Source: Craspedostauros australis (Eukaryota). From it: DNA of 64,000 nt. This document shows positions 59,501 to 64,000 of this stretch, in pieces. Positions within the stretch are counted from its first letter, which is position 1. Each line of letters opens with the position of its first letter. The position numbers were made by a program, and so were the translations under genes. The notes under the pieces were generated by a model. That model saw nothing but the letters and a program-made list of their open reading frames with translations, ran no database searches and was not told where the DNA came from. Location of the stretch: NCBI GenBank assembly GCA_030167865.1, contig JALAGF010006287.1, positions 62,001 to 126,000 of the forward strand. The letters are read 5' to 3'.

Positions 59501-59931
59501 TCTCGCGTTTCGTTTGTCTCTGTCTCATTCCTTTGTTTCTGACAAATGCGAACATTGCATTCGCTGGATCGTGCGCCTCCTGGATCTTCCTCGCACCACC
59601 CTTGGCTACGAAGGCCTAACGAAGCATTTCTGCGGAACGTGTTGGAGACACGCAGACACAAAACGGGGCATTGTGTCAGGAGCCATGCGTCACATTTATC
59701 GGAAGTGGTTGGAGGGGACTGAAAGGAGACCTCTGGGCAGCAGGTTTCTGGATGGGCGAGGTGAGGATGTCGCTGCGAGGAAGGCACAGGATCACCGATG
59801 ATTGGGAACAAAGTGCAGGCGCAAAACAGAATCCCTCTTCTGTCGCCATCCGACCCATGAAGCTGTCGTTTCCAAGTCGTGCAATACGAAGAGCATCATC
59901 GCCAACACATCGACCCATCATCGACATCATC

Positions 59932-60122
59932 TGTCAATAAGACGAGTAGTGTGTGAATCAATGTTGTTCGCTAATATTATGAGATATTACATTGTTGAGC
60001 TGAGAAGTTGCGGTCTTGGCTCCTGCTAGTGTCTTGATCTGCTCTGGGAGGAAAGTGGGCGCGAGGTGCGCACTTTGCGTACGGTGGTCAGTCGGGTCAC
60101 GTGCGGGACTGGAATCAATACA
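59932..60122 (-). repeat. Putative 3' LTR (about 191 bp, TGT...ACA) preceded by a polypurine tract
   Basis: On the minus strand GCGAGGG is followed directly by TGTATTGATT (60122). A candidate end TTATTGACA lies at 59932. The second LTR is not in the window, so the distal boundary is inferred. Confidence 0.6.
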
Positions 60123-63100
60123 CCCTCGCGTAACTCCCAACATGCTCTGTCTTGCTGATTTGCCGCTGTCAGGGGTAGGCTTGAGGTACACTTCTCTCAT
60201 TTTTCTGTGGTGGGCCGTCGGATGATGCTTCGTGAAGTAGTCGGCGAGATTGTCTGCTCCGGGGGCCCAGTAGACAATGAATTGTCCTTGCTGGATCCGG
60301 TCGCGCACCCAGTAGAAGCGCATGTCCATTGCTCGGGTGCGTCGCTGCTTCATGGTGTTGTTGACGATGCCGGATGCGGTGGAATTGTCCGTTTTGATTG
60401 GCGTGGGTGGTTGGGCGTGGCCCAGCTCGTTGAGGGTGGTGCGTAGCGCTGACGCTGCTGTGCAGTTCAGGTACAGCGCGCCGACCTCGGCCTCGGCTGC
60501 CGAGCTCATGACGTTCTGAATTTTGTTGCATACTGTGTGTATGGCTCCGTTGTTAGGAGGTGGTTGGATGGGCGCCTTGTTGTTGTCGGGCGAGCTGTTG
60601 CTGAGGTACATGTGCCCGCCTGCGCGACTTCTGGCCTTCGGTAGGCTCAGGTACGATGCGTCGCTGTCGACATGCAGTATCATGTCGCTGGCGTGGTAGA
60701 CGATGGTCGCGCTGGGATGGGTGGCGCAGTAGTCGAGTAGTTGCATGACTCGGTTTGCCGTGTTGTGCGTGGCATGCGCCTGCTGGGTGGCGATGTCGCT
60801 GACTGCTGGAAGGATGGTGGGGTCGACGGCTCTTGCGTAGTATAGTAGGGTCCCTACTATCTGTCGAATGCGGATGATCTCTTCTGCGGGCAGTTCCGGT
60901 GCGGTGTCCTCCAGTTTGGGTTCTTGTGTTCTTGCGCCGTAGACTGGCGCTTCGCACGGGGCTGGCGCGTGTTGTGGTTTGGTGGGGATCGGATGTTGGA
61001 ATTTGTGAAGCGCCTTTTTCACGTACCCTGGCATGGACAGTTCCACTGTTTGTGCGTCGTAGTCCCATTTGAGACTGACGCCGCAGTAGAGATCGCCGTC
61101 CCACTCGATGGTGCACTTGTATATCGTTTGAAGCGCTCCGATGAGGTGCTGCGCGTGTTCTTTGCCCACATATTTGACGCCAAAGTCGTCTACCACGAGA
61201 GTGAATGTGATGGGCCTGCAGTCGTGCTTCCACAATCCTGGAGTGTGTGGGACTGGCCTGTAACCGAACTTCGCGAGGTGTTTTTGGAGCTTCACATTTG
61301 CGATTTTGCCCGCTTGTGGCAGCCCGTACATGCCCTTTCGCACTTCGACGTAGACGTTGCCGTTGTGTTCTAAGTTCTGGAGCTTGTATTGCTCAACGAC
61401 TTCCGGTGGTATCATTGCCATCGGCATTCGCATGTATTCGTATCTGTCCATTTCGGTGTTCAGATAAAAATCTTTGATGTCGATGGTCATGAATCTTGCA
61501 TTCGGTGTGGAGATGACGCTGTTGAACAAACACTTCGCAGTGGTGAGTTCTGCGGTGGGTGTGTGCACGTCGAATGGGTAATCGATGAGATTACCTCCCA
61601 CGGTGAGGCGCGTGCGATGTGTTTCCGCTTTTTGTGGTCGTACGGCGCAGACGATGCGGCCGTATGTGACGGTGCGATCTCGTGGTACGGCCGATCGTGG
61701 GACGAAGAAGATGGTGTTGGTTGCCGCCGATGCTGGGATGCGGGTTCCGATGCCTTGTGCGAGACGTCCGATTTCGTTCGCGAAGGATGTGTACCATTGT
61801 TGCGGGGTATGTCCGTGTACCTTGCCAGCGATGAGGTGTCGGTATTCGTATGCCGTGCCCGTGCGTTCGTCGATGACTGCGTTTGCGGTGGTGGCTCCGC
61901 GCGCCCATTGCTTGCGTTGGATGGTGCCGGTTCGTAGTCGTGTGCGTGGCGCCGTTGTGGCATGGCCTGTGGGAGGTGCTCCTGTGTTGGCGTTGTCGTC
62001 GTCGTCGTCGTCGTCGTCGTCGTCCGATTCTGGTTCGGAGTCGGCTTCGTCGTCTGTGACCTGCGGTGTGATTTGGGGCACCCTCGGAGGTGTGCGCGCC
62101 GGCGTCGTGGAGGTGACGCGTTTGTTGTTGGTGCGGCTGCTTGCGGTGGTGAGCACCCTCGGAGGTGGCTCGGTGTGCACCCTCGGAAGTGGCGCTGCGG
62201 GTGTCTCGGGGAGCGCCTGCTGGAAGATGTCGCTGAGCTGCTGGAGTGCTCCGAGCTGCTCGTCGCCGATCGACTGGAGTGGTGCGCACGGCTTGGTGAG
62301 TGCTGTGGCGAGGTCACCTGCTGCTTTGATGGCCATCTCTGCGTTGGTCGGCGTGGGCATGGCGCACTTGCTTGGCATCAGTTCGATGGTGTCGGTGATT
62401 CGGACCTTCCTTGTCTTGTTGCAGTACACCTTGTAGCACCGGTAGTGTTCGAGTGCTGGTGCTACGTACCATCCGGCGGATCCGTGTGGTGCCCATGTGG
62501 CTCGTTTGCTGGGCTTGTCATGGATGACTGCCTTTGTCCCTGGTGGTGCCATTGGCGTTGCATTGAAGTCGAAGTTGCCGTGGAGGGCATGATGTGCCGA
62601 GATGTGCGGGTTGACTCGCGACGGTCGCATCAGGTTGAGTGTGATGTCGCATTGGGGGAGGAGTTGACACCACAGATGGAGTGGAAATGCCTCGTCGGCC
62701 GTGGCTAGTCCTGCGATGAAGTGGTCTTTCCAAGTGGAGATGGCTCTCTCTGCTGCGTTGCGTCGGTGAATGCCTGGCGGCACAAGCTGGTATTGGATAC
62801 CTTTGGATTCGATGAGGTGCTTGAGTTCTTTCGGCGCCTCGTTGTCGAGTCGGTGAAATCGCGGTGTCATTCCGCTTCGAAGGAGAACCGTCAAAAGTTC
62901 GTCACACGCTCGCGTGAGCTCCGTTGCGTGCCGACTGCGCATCGGTCGCGAAAGAATTGCGTTGGAGTCGTGATCGTACAACACCATGATGTACTGGTAT
63001 CCGCGGCTTGACGTCACAGGGAAGCGCCCAGTTTGATCGGTGAAGATTTTACCCGTTGGCCGATAAACGTCCATGAAGATTTCGCGTTGTTCCGTGGGAT

Positions 63101-63803
63101 TCTTGGTGGATTGGGTGACGTGGTTACAGTGCTTGCGCGTGGACTGCGTGTTTTGGTACTGTTGTCGGAGGTGCCCAGCGGCGGTAGCGGTGGAAGGTGG
63201 AAGGAATTTTCGCACCAATTGTTCGGTCAGTCCGGGCCACGACGAAAAGAATCCTTTCTTGATGGCTGCTGTGAACGTGGATACCGCGGGGCTGAAGCAG
63301 CACTGGTGGTAATATTTGGCCAGTTCCATCTTGGTTGACGTGTGATGGACGTGATTGGCCATTTTTGGCGATGTGGGCTTCGGCGGTTGGATGTCGATGC
63401 GATACATGCCGTCAACTTGATGCCGACAACCGGTGTGAATCGTGTTTCCGTTTTTTCGAATTCTCACGGATTCTTGGTCGAAGTCAACCGTCATGCCGTG
63501 GTCACACAGTTGCCCCACAGACACAAGCGCCGCGCTGGAAAGTTGTGGAAAAACTCGTGCGGTGCACGCGTGCTGCGGTACATTGGCAATGCTGACCGTG
63601 GCTCGGTGGGAAGATTGGATGTTGGATCCGTCGGGCAACGACACCGACAACGGGTTATCGTCGGGTGTTTGGCCAGTGCAAGGATCTTCAGGTCGCAGGA
63701 AATGACTAGTGCAACCAGAGTCAACTATGGCGAGGGCAGGAGCACAGGATGGTGAAGTAGTAACAGAGAGTGCTACTTGCTTACTGTGGCCCTGCCGTGC
63801 TTG
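59958..63803 (-). CDS. pol: Pol polyprotein frame (PR-IN-RT-RH) with no ATG upstream of the protease
   Basis: PR: AIVDSGCTSHFL (DSG at 63722-63714). IN: TDQTG, LDNE, NAAERAI. RT: IDIKDFYL, GMYGLPQAG, LVVDDFG. RH: DSDASY, SSAAEAE, TDN, NLADYFTKHH. Confidence 0.95.
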   Translation of the reverse strand, partial: QARQGHSKQVALSVTTSPSCAPALAIVDSGCTSHFLRPEDPCTGQTPDDNPLSVSLPDGSNIQSSHRATVSIANVPQHACTARVFPQLSSAALVSVGQLCDHGMTVDFDQESVRIRKNGNTIHTGCRHQVDGMYRIDIQPPKPTSPKMANHVHHTSTKMELAKYYHQCCFSPAVSTFTAAIKKGFFSSWPGLTEQLVRKFLPPSTATAAGHLRQQYQNTQSTRKHCNHVTQSTKNPTEQREIFMDVYRPTGKIFTDQTGRFPVTSSRGYQYIMVLYDHDSNAILSRPMRSRHATELTRACDELLTVLLRSGMTPRFHRLDNEAPKELKHLIESKGIQYQLVPPGIHRRNAAERAISTWKDHFIAGLATADEAFPLHLWCQLLPQCDITLNLMRPSRVNPHISAHHALHGNFDFNATPMAPPGTKAVIHDKPSKRATWAPHGSAGWYVAPALEHYRCYKVYCNKTRKVRITDTIELMPSKCAMPTPTNAEMAIKAAGDLATALTKPCAPLQSIGDEQLGALQQLSDIFQQALPETPAAPLPRVHTEPPPRVLTTASSRTNNKRVTSTTPARTPPRVPQITPQVTDDEADSEPESDDDDDDDDDDNANTGAPPTGHATTAPRTRLRTGTIQRKQWARGATTANAVIDERTGTAYEYRHLIAGKVHGHTPQQWYTSFANEIGRLAQGIGTRIPASAATNTIFFVPRSAVPRDRTVTYGRIVCAVRPQKAETHRTRLTVGGNLIDYPFDVHTPTAELTTAKCLFNSVISTPNARFMTIDIKDFYLNTEMDRYEYMRMPMAMIPPEVVEQYKLQNLEHNGNVYVEVRKGMYGLPQAGKIANVKLQKHLAKFGYRPVPHTPGLWKHDCRPITFTLVVDDFGVKYVGKEHAQHLIGALQTIYKCTIEWDGDLYCGVSLKWDYDAQTVELSMPGYVKKALHKFQHPIPTKPQHAPAPCEAPVYGARTQEPKLEDTAPELPAEEIIRIRQIVGTLLYYARAVDPTILPAVSDIATQQAHATHNTANRVMQLLDYCATHPSATIVYHASDMILHVDSDASYLSLPKARSRAGGHMYLSNSSPDNNKAPIQPPPNNGAIHTVCNKIQNVMSSAAEAEVGALYLNCTAASALRTTLNELGHAQPPTPIKTDNSTASGIVNNTMKQRRTRAMDMRFYWVRDRIQQGQFIVYWAPGADNLADYFTKHHPTAHHRKMREVYLKPTPDSGKSARQSMLGVTRGCIDSSPARDPTDHRTQSAHLAPTFLPEQIKTLAGAKTATSQLNNVISHNISEQH

Positions 63804-63998
63804 TCATGCGTTTGCCGGGGCGCCTTCGGTGGATCCTCCCATCGTGTTGCTGCGAGTGGCCTCCTTCTTGTGCCCTGGCGCTGGGTTCATGCACGTCGCG
63901 CTGGTGTGCGTGATGCCCACCTTGTACCCGTGTGTCCAGCAGTAGGAGTCGTGCTTGTGCTTGCGTCCTCCCTTCTTGCCTCCAGTGCCGCTGCTCGT
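63804..63998 (-). CDS. gag: 3' end of Gag (Cys/His nucleocapsid-like motif), partial
   Basis: ...YCWTHGYKVGITHTSATCMNPAPGHKKEATRSNTMGGSTEGAPANA*, with the stop TGA at 63806-63804. Confidence 0.88.
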   Translation of the reverse strand, partial: TSSGTGGKKGGRKHKHDSYCWTHGYKVGITHTSATCMNPAPGHKKEATRSNTMGGSTEGAPANA

Positions 63999-64000
63999 GG

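Larger units (their letters stand above)
59932..64000 (-). mobile_element. Ty1/Copia LTR retrotransposon, diatom CoDi-like; the 5' part lies beyond the window
   Basis: Order is gag end - protease - integrase - RT - RNase H - PPT - LTR. The pol frame is uninterrupted. Confidence 0.96.

Noticed and set aside
1..64000. tRNA/rRNA genes or a prokaryote-style operon
   Set aside because: No such signatures seen by eye; genes are spliced and mixed in orientation.

Overview
Eukaryotic nuclear DNA, most likely a diatom (stramenopile). This rests on GT-AG introns of about 260-670 bp, bipartite 'ASAF'-type plastid presequences and a diatom-type (CoDi-like) Copia element. Positions 1-28 kb are gene-dense: probable PEX5 N-terminus, PFKFB, a NodU/TobZ-type carbamoyltransferase, SLY1, DXR, an L/F-tRNA-protein transferase homologue, a plastid Rossmann protein, TIM10, an F-box-like coiled-coil protein, plastid RPE and a bacterial-type redoxin. 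Positions 28-59 kb are patchier: a secreted Cys-repeat protein, an LHC-like protein, a lumenal cyclophilin, a membrane-anchored flavoprotein, an LRR-like protein, a lumenal unknown, DUF4336 and an HSF, with gene-poor stretches and one assembly gap. The window ends in an apparently intact Ty1/Copia retrotransposon. Most notable: (1) gag and pol are in frame, separated by one UGA followed by CAA and a strong stem-loop, suggesting programmed readthrough; (2) the probably plastid-targeted carbamoyltransferase ends in a PqqD/RRE-like domain; (3) catalytic or ligand residues are substituted in RPE, PFKFB and the LHC-like protein. All family calls come from motif recognition by eye; no database searches were run.
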